From Obrimoposthia wandeli (taxonomy: Eukaryota), in NCBI GenBank assembly GCA_977020255.1, contig CDROCS010003282.1, forward strand, positions 186,001 to 250,000: a stretch of 64,000 nucleotides of DNA. The letters are read 5' to 3'. Made by a program: the position numbers and the translations under genes. Shown here piece after piece: positions 21,651 to 34,724 of this stretch. Under the pieces are notes generated by a model. It was not told where the DNA came from and ran no database searches. It worked only from the letters and a program-made list of their open reading frames with translations. Numbering within the stretch: position 1 is the first letter of the stretch; each line of letters starts with the position of its first letter.

Positions 21651-22941
21651 ATCTTAACTATATCAACCTATGATTTTCTGTGGTCATTGGTTTAAAATTA
21701 AAATTTATGAATATATAAAAGATAAAAAGAAAAAAAGAAAAAGAAAATCATGTGAAAATTAATTTAAGTTTCATTTATAACCTTATATGACCTCCATCTT
21801 ATTTAAATTTTGGCACTAATTTGAATTTAGCCTAATTAAATTCGGGTGAATGCCTATGTTGCCATTGGTTTGTTTATATTTATCAAAAAAACAGCTGTTA
21901 AATTTATTTAATTTCGCTGTGTTTACTAACCTACATGTTTATGAATTTTATTCTTTTAAAAATCAACTATTGAGAATTTGTAAGCTATTGTATTACTTTA
22001 TTATTTTTTAAATTATTAAATATTTTGTATATACTTTATTAAATTATTATTCATAAATATATTCATTAATTATTAACAAAAATTAAACATATATATTTAT
22101 ATTAAACATGGGCAACGTTGCATGCCTTCAAAAAATGTTTATGATTAAGCACTTATTTCATGCTGTTTGGTACACATCCATCGAACTGAATCTCTGTCAG
22201 CTCTATACTTCAATTTCTTCTTTTCTCTGCATATTCTGCAGGTTTTTTCTTTATGAATAAACTCTAAAATGTCAAATTTGATAATTTAAGATATTAATAC
22301 CAAATGGCGACTTTTTCAATGTTTACATGGGCAACGTTGGCCTAATGCCTTAAATTCTTTATAGATTTTAAATTACCATCTCATTAAAACAAAATTTGCG
22401 TCAAATTAAATTTGTATCATATGAGATCTGCTTTTGCAGATATGTAACCCTGCATTACCGGGCCACCATTTAACTATGATTATATTCAATAAGATAATAA
22501 ATATATAAAAGAATGTGTATATGTATGTGTGTGTGTGAAAATTCTATATAAGTTATTGCTTATATTATGTGTCTGTGGGTATGTTTGGAAATTCTAAATA
22601 AGAATATATAAATAATTTTTATACTAGGTGTGTGTGTGTGAATGTGTATGTGTGTGAAACTTATATATAAGATATCGCTTATACTGTGTATGTATGGAAA
22701 TTTAATTTAATTTAATTTAAAATTTAAGGATATAATAAGATATTTTATACTAGGTGTGTGTATGCGTGTATGTATGTAAAATCCATATATATATATAAGA
22801 CATTGCTTATACTGTGTATGTGTGTATGTATGGAAATTCTATAAATTGATATAATAAGATATTTTTATACTAGGTGTGTGTATGTGTATGTATATGTTTG
22901 GAAATTCTATATAGAATATATAATTTTATACTAGATGTATA

Positions 22942-24207
22942 TGTTAACTGGTTCCAGGGAAAATAAATTTGGATAATAAAATAGATTTGGATAAGATTCA
23001 ATTTCAGTTTTCTATATTTGGATAATAAAATAGATTTGGATAAGATTTAATTTCAGTTTCTGTATTTGGATAATAAAATAGATTTGGATAAGATTCAATT
23101 TCAGTTTCTGTATTTGGATAATAAAATAGATTTGGATAAGATTCAATTTCAGTTTCTGTATTTGGATAATAAAATAGATTTGGATAAGATTCAATTTCAG
23201 TTTCTGTAATAATTTTTGTATAGGAAATTGTAAAATCAAAATAAATTTATTATCATGTCAGTTTCATGTCCAATTTTCATTACTTTTATAACAAATATAC
23301 GTCCAGATCTACACATACAACACCGCAGGAAAATGCACTTATCCAATCCTGCATACACAATCTCTCTGCACAAACCAAAGAAAAGCAGTGGGAAGCTGTG
23401 GTATCTGCCAGCGATATTAATCTACGACCAAATGTCAGAGAATGGCTGCTGAACTGGAATTGGCAGAACAACACCTGTTTGGGCTGATCTCGGTCTACTG
23501 GTTCTGTTTGTGTGTCTGTGTCAAAACTGTTATCTAAGACTTGAAACTTCAATTGAATAAAAATTCCCCAGAAAGCTGAGAACTTGAAAAAAGCGATATT
23601 ACAGTCGACCAATCAAAATAAGTAAAGGCAATGAACAGTTGGTATTTAATTTACATTCAATGATTATAAAATGTTTTGACACAATGACATAAATTACGAT
23701 ATTACTCGAGGACTGGTGCAGTGTGGAGGGTGAATTAGAGGCAGTATGGTGTGGGGCCCACGAAAAGTTAGTACACAGTATCAGGCGTGTTGACTATGCT
23801 GCTTGGGTAGAAATGATGATGATTTCGCTGTACTGTCTCCGAGGTTGGCAGGAGAAGATGTGAATTTGGATATGGGTTGGTTCGCCGTTGTGTTAGGAGA
23901 CCGGAGAAGATGGCCAGGAATTGTGGAGTGGTGCTGACCCATCGATCAAGGCAGCTGGATCAGACTTGTCGCTGGCCGAGAAAGGGCAGACCGCTGCTGT
24001 ATCTGCTGTTATTGCTGGGCGGAAAAACATTGTGTTTAATCTTGTTATCAAGCCGCCTTCCTGACGAGCCTGGTAAGGCGAAACGGGACCACCCCATCGG
24101 AGGCTGAACTTGAATACCTCCCAAATTGTTGGCATTTTTGATAAATATTAAATGTCAATTTAAATTGACTTAAAAATTAATTATTTATTTTAATTAATAT
24201 CCCAACA
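22942..24207 (-). mobile_element. Solo LTR (1266 bp) of a related family
   Basis: TGTT..AACA ends, TATA duplication at 22938-22941 and 24208-24211, empty site at 50135-50138. Orientation inferred from the position of the GC-rich part and the minisatellite relative to the full element's LTR. Confidence 0.88.
22967..23207. repeat. 48-bp minisatellite inside the solo LTR, 5 units
   Basis: ATTTGGATAATAAAATAG starts at 22967, 23016, 23064, 23112, 23160. Confidence 0.93.
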
Positions 24208-24724
24208 TATATGCCTGTGTGTGTATGTAAAACTTATAAATATGACATCGCTTATACTGTGTATGTGTGCATGTAGGGAAATTCTATATAAGGATAAAAT
24301 AATATTTTTTTTATATTAGGTGTGTGTAAGTAAATTAAAAAAATATATAAAAAATGTAACTACTTTTATTTACAAGTAGAAAAGTTATTTGAAAAATTTT
24401 AATTTATGTCATATGAGACCAGCTTTTTCAGATATGTCATGCTGTATTAACAGGTCACCATGTCACTTAAAGATATAATATATACAATGAAAACTCAATT
24501 TATAACTATAATCAATAATGAAATCTTTACCATGTTTATGATTATCTTTAATAATAATGAAATCAGTTTACTTTTATACTCAATTTGATTGTTCAACAAA
24601 AAAGAAAAAATATTTTTTATAACTTTATATTTTGTAGTTGACATTTTAAGATGAGAAGTTCTAACTTATCAATTTCGATTAACAACTCTTTAATATCTGA
24701 CTGATTTTCTAAGTATCCAATTTG

Positions 24725-24968
24725 TAATTTTTGAGGTTTTAATTTCAAATTCTCAGCTTTTGATACAAGAGATTCCGTTCTATAGTTCTAAAAGTTTTTG
24801 TAAAAATAATTTAATTTTTTTTTTAAAAGTAAAAAAGGTCTTGTAATAATTTTTGAGGTTTTAATTTCAAATTCTCAGCTTTTGATACAAGAGATTCCGT
24901 TCTATAGTTCTAAAAGTTTTTGTAAAAATAATTTAATTTTTTTTTTAAAAGTAAAAAAGGTCTTGTAA
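24725..24968. repeat. About 122-bp tandem duplication in the left arm only
   Basis: TAATTTTTGAGG at 24725 and 24847; single copy near 49485-49607. Confidence 0.88.
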
Positions 24969-25429
24969 TAAGAAAAAATAATTACAATTAAAAAAAATAT
25001 TCACAGAAGTATTAAAAATATTATTTGTAAGTTTTAAATTCTTGCAAGTAAATTACGACATAATGATTATTACATATCAATAGATTTGATATTCAAATTG
25101 AATTTATAAAATTCACATATAAATGATTTTAAACATATACATTATCCAAACTGATTTACAACATATTAGAAATGTATAATACAATTATTACACATAATGA
25201 TAAAAGTATATACATAAAGATTAGAAATGTAAAATAAATTTATCACACAAAAGTTTCGTTTTGGTTTAAATTTTAATCTGAATATATTTTCTATCAAATA
25301 CTTGTGTGATCCCACTTTTTTAGAAGACTTGATATAATATATCACCATCTCACTCTAAGTTTACAAATTATAATAATTCAAACACTAAAAAGTATTAAAC
25401 TGAATTGAGATTTTTTCGTGAAATTCTTG

Positions 25430-27513
25430 TTAAAATAAATTTAAAAATAGTTTAAAGTTTTAAAACTGTTATTTACTTGTTTTATAGTAAACTTCAATTT
25501 TAATACACATTTGTATATTCTTAAACTTTATACATGAATTTATATTTACAAACCGATTCCTTATTGTAGTATTTACCAAATAAATACAACTGATTTCTCT
25601 TTAAACACAAAGTCAATTGACAGTTGATTGTATACTTATTTGAATTGTAAAAAGGAATTTACTGCATTATATTACTGAATAAATAAAACTATTTACTAAA
25701 TACTTACAACGATTTATGATACATCTTATGATAATTCAATTTACAATTTATGATAATTCTTACAATAATTCAATTCACAATTTATAATAATTCTTACGAT
25801 AATCCAGTTCTCAATTACGTTAATTTTTCACGCTAAATTTAAGTTCTCACCAAGATCTATCTTGAGCTGGTCCGGTGCAATCCGATCCTAGATGTCCGGC
25901 TGCGATCTGATCCAAGTGCTCTAGTTGAGATCCGCGATGAGCTTGTCACACTTTGTTCGCTCTGTTTTGCTAGTTGGTGACCGCACTGGATTCCGGCCTC
26001 TGATCTGATTGTGATTCGACTCTCTATTTTTCGTCCGGCCGATTTCAATTCTAGTCTGATTTTAAAAAAAATTTCTTCTTTTATATATATTTTTACCTCT
26101 AATAGATGGCAGCTAGAATTTCGCAACAATAATTGTCTCTGTAGTAATTAATTTTACATGCCTGACTTGATTTTCTCTAATGTATGGCAGCTGACATTTC
26201 TCAAACGGTAAGTCCTTCTACGATTCTGCTAATGGATAAATATCAATTATTCTTTCTAATTTCAGGCTTACCTCTGTTGAGGATCCCACAAGCTGGTACT
26301 TCTCCCACGCGTCGAATTAGGCAATACAAGCTGGTTTGCCTCAATTATCGATTTCACTATCCTAAATTATCGTTTTTCTGTCGAGTCTTAGTTTTTTGGG
26401 GTCTTTGCTTTAAAATCAATCCCTTTATATACAACGCACTACACACGACCTCTTCAAGGTCCTAAATTATTTTAATTTACTATTTTTTAATTTCAACCAA
26501 TTTTAAATTTTTACTATTTAATTTCCTATTTTAACCTTCAATTCAAGGTTTAATTCCACTCTAGATAATTATTAATTTAATTTAATTTTCAAATTTCCTA
26601 ATCTTAACATACCTCCGGGGTTTTGAAAAAGTTACGTCCTCGGAACTTATAGATTTTAAGAGTCATCTTTGGTTACCTATTATACATACTTAATCTACAT
26701 TACAGTTGTAGATATAAATAAAACTTATCCAAAAAATTATTAAAATTCAGTATTAAAACGCTATATATTAAATATTTCTAAATATTACAATTGTTATTAG
26801 GTTGAGAAAATGGAAGAAGAAGGAGAAGAAAGCGGATATGTTAATGTAAGGTCAATTGTTTGAGATAAACTGTTTTGCTCCTCCAGGAACTGCATCACCC
26901 GCTCCAGTGGCAACATCGGGGAGACTGGTATTACACCGATATAGTGCTCCAGTTGTTGGATGACAATGAGGTTATAGCTTTGGTGGAATATGGGGACGCC
27001 CTGGTTATTTGGAATGTGTCGGTCTCGCGCAGCGAGCCACTCATTTCGTGCGTGTTGCCAGGATTGTCGGTCCCGACTGGAACGCCACACCTCTCTGGCT
27101 CACCGTTGTACGTCTTGACGACGCGTTGGGCACGTGGGACACTGCACTGATATCCGCCAATGCAACTCGCAGGATAGCATTTCCCCACGAACCAGCTTCA
27201 GATATTCTAAATACATTATGACAATTAATTTCTACATGATTTCAACATATTTCTACAATTGCTTTAATACTCAATTTCTACAACATATTCTACATCCTTT
27301 TACACACTAATTATCTACAACTAACTTCGACATGTCACTTCTTTATGGGATATGGAGGTAAGGGTCGCAATTTCACTTCCTCTATTATAGGCGTGTAACA
27401 CCATCTCAGTTCTTTGTACCTTCGTCGTATCTTCGGGCATACCTGACTGCCTTTCAAGCATATTACTATCAGCAGAAATACTGTAGTAGATACTACGGCC
27501 ATTGCTATTAGAG
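25430..27513 (-). mobile_element. 3' end of a third LTR family: TM-tail ORF remnant, small ORF, then 3' LTR starting at 26609 (distal LTR end not defined)
   Basis: On the minus strand CCCCGGAGGTA|TGTTAAG parallels CCCCCATAGGAT|TGTTAAG at 19443; upstream SLIAMAVVSTTVFLLIVICLKG..KIRRRYK is a TM plus basic tail, cut off by the TIR at 27514. Confidence 0.6.
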
Positions 27514-27956
27514 AGTAGGTGGATGTGTCCGTTCTAATCCACCTCTCCATCCGAGGCGCTACCACTGTTCTTTAAAACCGTGCATGTGTGTGGAGTGAAT
27601 TTTTTTCTATCTCCCCCCAACACCCTAAAAACTAATTAACCCCATTTAACACCCTTTAAAATTTAAAATCTCATAGTGGTCCTAAAGAGCGAGGAAGTAC
27701 CTGAGAGGCCATATAAGGGCTAACGCGTGCCTGACGAGCAATACATATATACAGGGTCGATATTACTATTTTAAATCTAATGATATACATGTATTCAATA
27801 ATCATCAAAAAACTTAAGAAAATACTATAAATTTTCAAATAAATTATTTGAATAACCCGCTCTCATTGGACGACAAAAAGAGGGTTAGTCTGATGTTTGT
27901 GTATATAAGAAGACCTCTTTTCATTATTTTTCATAAATCAAAATCAAGAATTAAGA

Positions 27957-28758
27957 ATGCCTATTTTCAACAACGTTGACCTAGACGAAGATATGGAGGT
28001 TCAGCTTATGGGTATCTCTCTCCAGTACAGCAGCGAACGCCACCACCATCACAGTCCATTGACTTACTTAGTCAAGACTCGTCGGTGGTGAGCGAAGGAG
28101 ACGAAGAAGAAGAAGCAGCAACAAGAGCGGAGCTGTTACTAGAAGAATCGCCATTGGCCAGCTCAACTCCGAGAGAAGAATCAATGGACGCGAGAGGTGG
28201 GTTACAGAGATCCCAATATATCAACCTGACTAGTCAAGATTCGATTGAGAATTGGGAAGAGTATAAGAGTATTCATTGAGTATAAGCCAAAATTTGGCTA
28301 GAGCTTGGGAGACTGCTTCTCTTCTGTCAACAGCATCTACCAGCCAGAACTTGAAGAGGGCCTGGGATGAAGCTTGATTGGAAAAATTCCTGGCGGAACT
28401 GGATCCTCCACAACCAGCAATGCTTCCAGATTCGCGAGGTCAGCATGATGCTGTCTCACGCCAGCTTCAGCGGGAGAAGGAGGAGAAATTGAATAAAGCT
28501 CCGCGGAAGAGGAAGGCTACAACTGCTTCGTCGGAGCCATCATCCTCTCAAAACGTTGCGGCAACTACTGTGAAAACCTCAGGAGGATCAATTGCTGCAC
28601 AGCAACCGGTGCAGCCGAAAAATAAACCTGGCCAACCAAAGAAGAAGGAGCCAGTGCCGCTTACTCCCTTATCACTCAGTCGGAGGGATATCGACGAGGA
28701 TGGTCCCAATAATGACTTTGTGGAGTGTTTTAGAAACAATATAATTTATAAAAAATAA
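27957..28758 (+). pseudogene. Frameshifted acidic/basic low-complexity ORF(s) of the TIR element (mirror 45692-46493)
   Basis: ATG at 27957 after a TATA-like motif near 27903; IDLLSQDS and INLTSQDS motifs; PRKRK basic cluster; pieces lie in different frames. Confidence 0.4.
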
Positions 28759-30099
28759 TTTTATGTGTTTTTTTTTATTTTACATTTTTTATATTTATTT
28801 CAAAAAAAGCTTAAAATACAATCATAAGTTTAATAAAATATAAAGTTGAAAAATAAAAAAATATGTAACTTATTCGAATGTGATTGGATTAATTAATAAT
28901 AAAATTATAGATGTCTTTAATTTCAAAAATATAAGTTTATTTATATAGAAATGCAATAATTAGTTATAGATTTATTAAATTATAAACTCTCCTTTGATAA
29001 ATAAAAATATATCATTTAATGGAATGTGATTGGATTAAAAATATTTGAAATTTATATATATAGGTTCAAATTTATTAACCTCTTCATATTTAATGGAATG
29101 TTATTGGATTAAAAATATTTGAAATTTATATATATAGGTTCAAATTTATTAACCTCTTCATATATAAAAATGGAATTTATTAAAATGAAAAGTCTCGTGA
29201 CGCAGGTAGAAGAAAACATCATAAGAAATGAGAAGAAAATAGATTTATGAAAGAGGGTCCTTATTCAGAATCTGTACGCTGCTGTCGCGACCGAGTGGAA
29301 TCGTCGGGTGGAGATTCAAGACAGGCGGCAAGCAGAACGATAACGGATCCTGGACTAGAATAGGAAGGTTGAATTAAAAAAAGAAACTGAATGAAAAAAG
29401 AAGAATGTAGATGCAGGACAATAGGCGAGCTGCAAGAAAGAGAATCCTTCAAATTAAACCTAAAGAGGGACCAAATAAATTTTGAAAGTTATTTTTTCTT
29501 TTGGCTTTATTGATTATTTTTGTGTTACATAATTGTTTAAATATTTTACATAAGCATACTAAATATAAACAATTTTATATATAATGTTTTTTATAATATG
29601 GATGATAAAATAAATTGGAATAAATTATACATTAAATATTCTCCAGATATATTTCACGTGATCATCTATTAAAAATTCCACGAAATATTTGCTGTCCATA
29701 TCGTGATCATGGTGACCATTGTGCATATAAAAAATGTTTATACATGTAGATAAACAATACTTCTAATTGGAGAAATTTATTATTTACAAAATAAAATTTT
29801 CATCTAATTACAAATACAAATGAACAATCCTTTAAATGGAGGAATAAAATATATTAAAAATAATATTTACAACCAATAACAGATAAACAATCCTTCTCAG
29901 TGGAGATATAAATTCATTATTTTCATCCTATAATAAAATGAGCATGTGTGCATAAAATTTAGTATATAAGCAAACACTTTTTTCATTACAATTCCCGATT
30001 TTTTATAATAATGAATATGGTAAGAACTATTATCTTTTATTTCTTTATTAATATTTCTTATTTCAGATTACGTGTAACCTATTCCCTGCGTATTGTGGT

Positions 30100-31512
30100 G
30101 CTTCGGCTCTATGGAGGAGATTTCTGCATGGCGATAATGTCCGCCTACTATCGGACAAAGTCTCAAGGGTGGGTATTCTTTGTCTGCCTCTTCTGCAGAA
30201 CTATAGAGGAGAAGGAGTTTCGAGACTTCTTCAGTGAACATCGAGATCACCTATCCTGTTTCACGGCCAACAACAAAAATAAAATTTAAAAAATCCTTTT
30301 GTAGATGTAATTTATAGGAGCAAAAATGAGGGGACTCAGGTCAACTTAATTTGACTCGAACATAATAAAAAATTCCATTATGCTGCAATTCTCAATTTAG
30401 ATCGTTTTCTAAATTTAGATAATGGAGCCTTACCGGTTAGGATAAGGTGTAAGTGGTGTTATAAATGTTTACATGGATTCCGACCCGAGCTCTCTTACAG
30501 CAAACATCTGACATTATGTTCACTGAATCCTGATGACAATACGCTATATAGCATGCCTAAGGATAAGGATTTAAAATTCAGGGATTGGGCAAAATGCATA
30601 CCCGTGGAATTCAGGGTGTATGCAGATTTTGAGTCAATTCTAGCATTGCACGACCAGTATGAGAGTATTCACCTACCGGCTTCGGCAGGACTACTATTCT
30701 TAGGCCCCAATATTACACAGTATCATAAATTTTCCGGTCCAAATTATATTTTAGATTTTATGTTAAAATTAAAAGAATTAGAAACAACAATTGTCAAACC
30801 GTGGTATGATCTTAATGCTCATCAAGCAATGATCATGACAGACATAGACTGGGTTAATTTTAATTCTTGTAGATTATGTTATTTGTGTGGAACCCAGTCT
30901 AAGTTAGTCAGAGATTACGATCATGTTACGGGGCGATACTTGGGAGCGGCGTGCAACCTCTGTAACCTTGGCCGTCGTCTCCATAAAAAACCACGCATTC
31001 CCATCGTGTTTCATAATATCAAAGGATATGATTTGCATCATATACTTAAATACGTGTTGGGTACATTAAACTCTTGGGAAATTTCATGTATACCTCAAAC
31101 TTCAGAGAAATATTTATCTTTAACTGCATATACTGAATTCTGTAGTTTAAGATTTATAGATTCTCTACAGTATTTGAGCGGGTCTTCAAAAAATTTAACG
31201 GCATCTTTAAATGCATGGTCAATCACGCAGTCAGTGTTCCCAGCTTCGGTTAACGATAGGGGATTTTTCCGTATAAATTTGCGAAAACCTTTGCAGATTT
31301 AGAAAATCCCACAGAAATCCCACCCATAACTGAATTTGAGGGTGTAAGTCTTCTAGACTATAATGAGGCCCGTACATTTCGGGCGAATAATTATCGAAAT
31401 CTTTTAGAATATATGCTTTATTATATGAAGTTAGACATTTATCTTTTAGCTGATGTTTTTGAGTTCTTTCGTGTAAAATCTTTAGCAGAAGATGGGCTAG
31501 ATCTCATGCATT
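30100..31512 (+). pseudogene. N-terminal/exonuclease part of a protein-primed family B DNA polymerase
   Basis: HYAAILNLDRFL; WCYKCLHGF..KHLTLC; FRVYADFES; endonuclease VII-like CYLC..RDYDHVTGRYLGAACNLCNL; IVFHNIKGYDLHHI; LRFIDSLQYL; YYMKLDIYLLADVFE..DGLD. Confidence 0.85.
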
Positions 31513-32967
31513 TCGAATTCCAAATAGTAAATTGAACCCAAGCATTGGTATTTTGCATCCCATAACACGACAATTGCCTAAAGAATTCAATATGAAAAAA
31601 AACTAACCTGTAAGAAAAATAACAACTGTGAAATTGTCAAACTTTTTCACATATTGTCTCGGCTTCCATTCATTGAATGGTAAGTACTAAACATCATCTT
31701 CTATTCTACCTTTATAATTTATATTTAAAAGTTTCATTAGACTAAAATTGTATTCTTTAAAATCTTCTTTATATATGTCTAAACCTGCTTTTTTATTGTA
31801 TGTTTCTTGTAATTATCTTGCAAACCTATTATAATTGGATGATATATTTCTTCCAATCAAATTAAATTTTTAATATGGATTTAGTCCAATCAAATTCAAT
31901 GCTTTAGTTATATTAACCAATGAGATTCATGTCTTTGTTACAAATTAGTATAAAAGAATGCGCCATTGGCCGTCGTCTTCATAAAAAACCACGCATTCCC
32001 ATCGTGTTTCATAATATCAAAGGATATGATTTGCATCATATACTTAAATACGTGTTGGGTACATTAAACTCTTGGGAAATTTCATGTATACCTCAAACTT
32101 CAGAGAAATATTTATCTTTAACTGCATATACTGAATTCTGTAGTTTAAGATTTATAGATTCTCTACAGTATTTGAGCGGGTCTTCAAAAAATTTAACGGC
32201 ATCTTTAAATGCATGGTCAATCACGCAGTCAGTGTTCCCAGCTTCGGTTAACGATAGGGGATTTTTCCGTATAAATTTGCGAAAACCTTTGCAGATTTAG
32301 AAAATCCCACAGAAATCCCACCCATAACTGAATTTGAGGGTGTAAGTCTTCTAGACTATAATGAGGCCCGTACATTTCGGGCGAATAATTATCGAAATCT
32401 TTTAGAATATATGCTTTATTATATGAAGTTAGACATTTATCTTTTAGCTGATGTTTTTGAGTTCTTTCGTGTAAAATCTTTAGCAGAAGATGGGCTAGAT
32501 CTCATGCATTTCGAATTCCAAATAGTAAATTGAACCCAAGCATTGGTATTTTGCATCCCATAACACGACAATTGCCTAAAGAATTCAATATGAAAAAAAA
32601 CTAACCTGTAAGAAAAATAACAACTGTGAAATTGTCAAACTTTTTCACATATTGTCTCGGCTTCCATTCATTGAATGGTAAGTACTAAACATCATCTTCT
32701 ATTCTACCTTTATAATTTATATTTAAAAGTTTCATTAGACTAAAATTGTATTCTTTAAAATCTTCTTTATATATGTCTAAACCTGCTTTTTTATTGTATG
32801 TTTCTTGTAATTATCTTGCAAACCTATTATAATTGGATGATATATTTCTTCCAATCAAATTAAATTTTTAATATGGATTTAGTCCAATCAAATTCAATGC
32901 TTTAGTTATATTAACCAATGAGATTCATGTCTTTGTTACAAATTAGTATAAAAGAATGCGCCATTGG
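30968..32967 (+). repeat. 998-bp tandem duplication (2 units; mirror 41484-43482 plus a partial third unit to about 41365)
   Basis: TTGGCCGTCGTC at 30968 and 31966; the repeat breaks at TTGG near 32964-32967. Confidence 0.92.
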
Positions 32968-32984
32968 AGGACAAATCACAGTAA

Positions 32985-33467
32985 ATGCATTCATATCAAA
33001 GACAATTATCAACGATGGACGGTAGCCAACGGATATTAAGCGGTGACGAAGATTCGGAAATATTTGAAGAATCGGATAAGTATATGCATGAAGAAGTGAA
33101 ACAATATTTCAAATACAAAGTCAGATTCTTGAAGAAGGCTCAACTGATTGCTTTAGAAAATTCTGTGACAATTGAAAGAAGAAAGTTCAGCTACTATCTA
33201 TCAAATATTCAAAAACCAGATTTTCAATATCTTAAACAGAAAGTTGAAAAGGCAGTTCCGAATTTTACTTTCAAAAAGAACGAATTTTATATCCGAGGAC
33301 CCGATGAAGCATTTCTAGATGACTATGGAAGATATGTTGATATTGATGCATTTCCGAAAAAGAAGCAATGGACTGTAACAATTCGATTTTATGGTTACAA
33401 GAAAGATGAAATGGGAACAAAGTTGCCTATGTGGAAAATTGAAAGAGCTCATATTTCTATGTTTTAA
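32985..33467 (+). CDS. Hypothetical 160-aa protein of the TIR element (possibly OB-fold ssDNA-binding)
   Basis: Intact ORF, also intact in the diverged inverted copy 36079-36561; function is inference only. Confidence 0.55.
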   Translation: MHSYQRQLSTMDGSQRILSGDEDSEIFEESDKYMHEEVKQYFKYKVRFLKKAQLIALENSVTIERRKFSYYLSNIQKPDFQYLKQKVEKAVPNFTFKKNEFYIRGPDEAFLDDYGRYVDIDAFPKKKQWTVTIRFYGYKKDEMGTKLPMWKIERAHISMF

Positions 33468-33637
33468 ATATTTGCGTGTAATAAATTATAATCGGTTTTA
33501 CTATGTTTCTTTCATTTGGCAATTAATAATCAGTTTTATTTTAAAAATATTTGTATCTTATATGTATCTCATATGTATTTTTTTATAAACATTGTTTTTA
33601 ATCAGTTTCCTTAATTTAGAATGGATTCTCTTCTGAG

Positions 33638-33934
33638 ATGTGTAGGAAATTTTATAATCCTGAAAGAATTTCAAAAGGAAAACAATGTTATATATTAAAG
33701 AGGCATCAAATTATAGGAGTTATGAATCCTGTGAAAATATCTAAAGTGGAGAATAAATGTCTAATCGAAATTTTAACAACATTTGATATTGATCAATATA
33801 AAAATATTTTGGGATTTTACATTCCTGATTATGTATATGAAGGAAATTGTTTCCAGCTTGAAACTGATCCCAGTCTGGATTTTAGAGATGATCTAGGATA
33901 TTTGATTGCTCCAATTCTAGATGAAGAACTATGA
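33638..33934 (+). CDS. Hypothetical 98-aa protein of the TIR element
   Basis: ATG ORF; remnant in the inverted copy near 35870-35980; F.DD.G motif shared with the 160-aa ORF. Confidence 0.4.
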   Translation: MCRKFYNPERISKGKQCYILKRHQIIGVMNPVKISKVENKCLIEILTTFDIDQYKNILGFYIPDYVYEGNCFQLETDPSLDFRDDLGYLIAPILDEEL

Positions 33935-34724
33935 TATATCTCAATACGTCTCAATGGATATTTTGCTTTTTCTCTTCTAAATTATAAAGATCTAATTTTT
34001 CTCTTATATATTTGACCTAAATATTTAACATGTAGTAATTTATTAATCTTTCTTAAAAATAGTAGTAATATATTATTTGAAATCTCGTCTACGAGATTCG
34101 TGGTAAATTTCAAAGTAAAATTTTTAAAAAATGTGGGGTGTCCCCCCCCCGTTCCTATTCGTTGCTTTTTCAAAATAATTTCTCCACACACATGCACGAA
34201 ATTTCACTCCACACACATGCACGGTTTTAAAGGACAGTGGTACCCCGAGGGTGTGGATTAGACCGAACACATCCACCTACTAAGGTAGTGATGACAGCTA
34301 TTTGGATTTGAACGATACTTTGTAATATGTAAAAGTTAAAACTGCTAATTCTAATGGAACAGATTTATAAGAGACTAGTGATGTAAGGGCTAGTAATTAC
34401 ATGTTTCATACTCTTTTTAAAGATGTTTTATTAACTTTAAATAATACTAAGATTGAAAATGGTAATAATTCATATTGTCAAAAAGCAATTCTCGATACTC
34501 TTTGAAACTTTAGTTCTGGTACGAAAAATATAAACTTGCGCTAAATAAATTTTTTTTATAATGAGATACATTTTTTTAAATAAATTATAATCTGTATTAT
34601 ATATTGTATTTATTGTTTAATACTTCAGTATTGGTTTACTTTATAGTTCTTTTAAAAATATTACATGTAAAAATAAAGTTGTTTCATAATTGAATATGAG
34701 ATTTCTCTTTAATAATGATAAATC

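Larger units (their letters stand above)
22515..24330. repeat. Degenerate (TG)n-rich complex minisatellite, interrupted by the solo LTR; uninterrupted mirror at about 50030-50560
   Basis: Recurring ATACTAGGTGTGTG / GCTTATACTGTGTATG / GGAAATTCTA blocks. Confidence 0.7.
27514..34281 (+). mobile_element. Internally deleted Polinton/Maverick-like element with about 80-85-bp TIRs
   Basis: AGTAGGTGGATGTGT..CCACTGT.CTTTAAAACCGTGCATGTGTGTGGAGTGAA at 27514-27599, inverted at 34203-34281; contains pPolB fragments. No integrase, capsid, ATPase or protease recognised; no TSD found. Confidence 0.65.

Noticed and set aside
21700-24700. Short repeated motifs (CATGGGCAACGTTG; TCATATGAGA..CAGATATG) as DNA-transposon ends
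   Set aside because: No paired termini with a TSD and no transposase could be defined.
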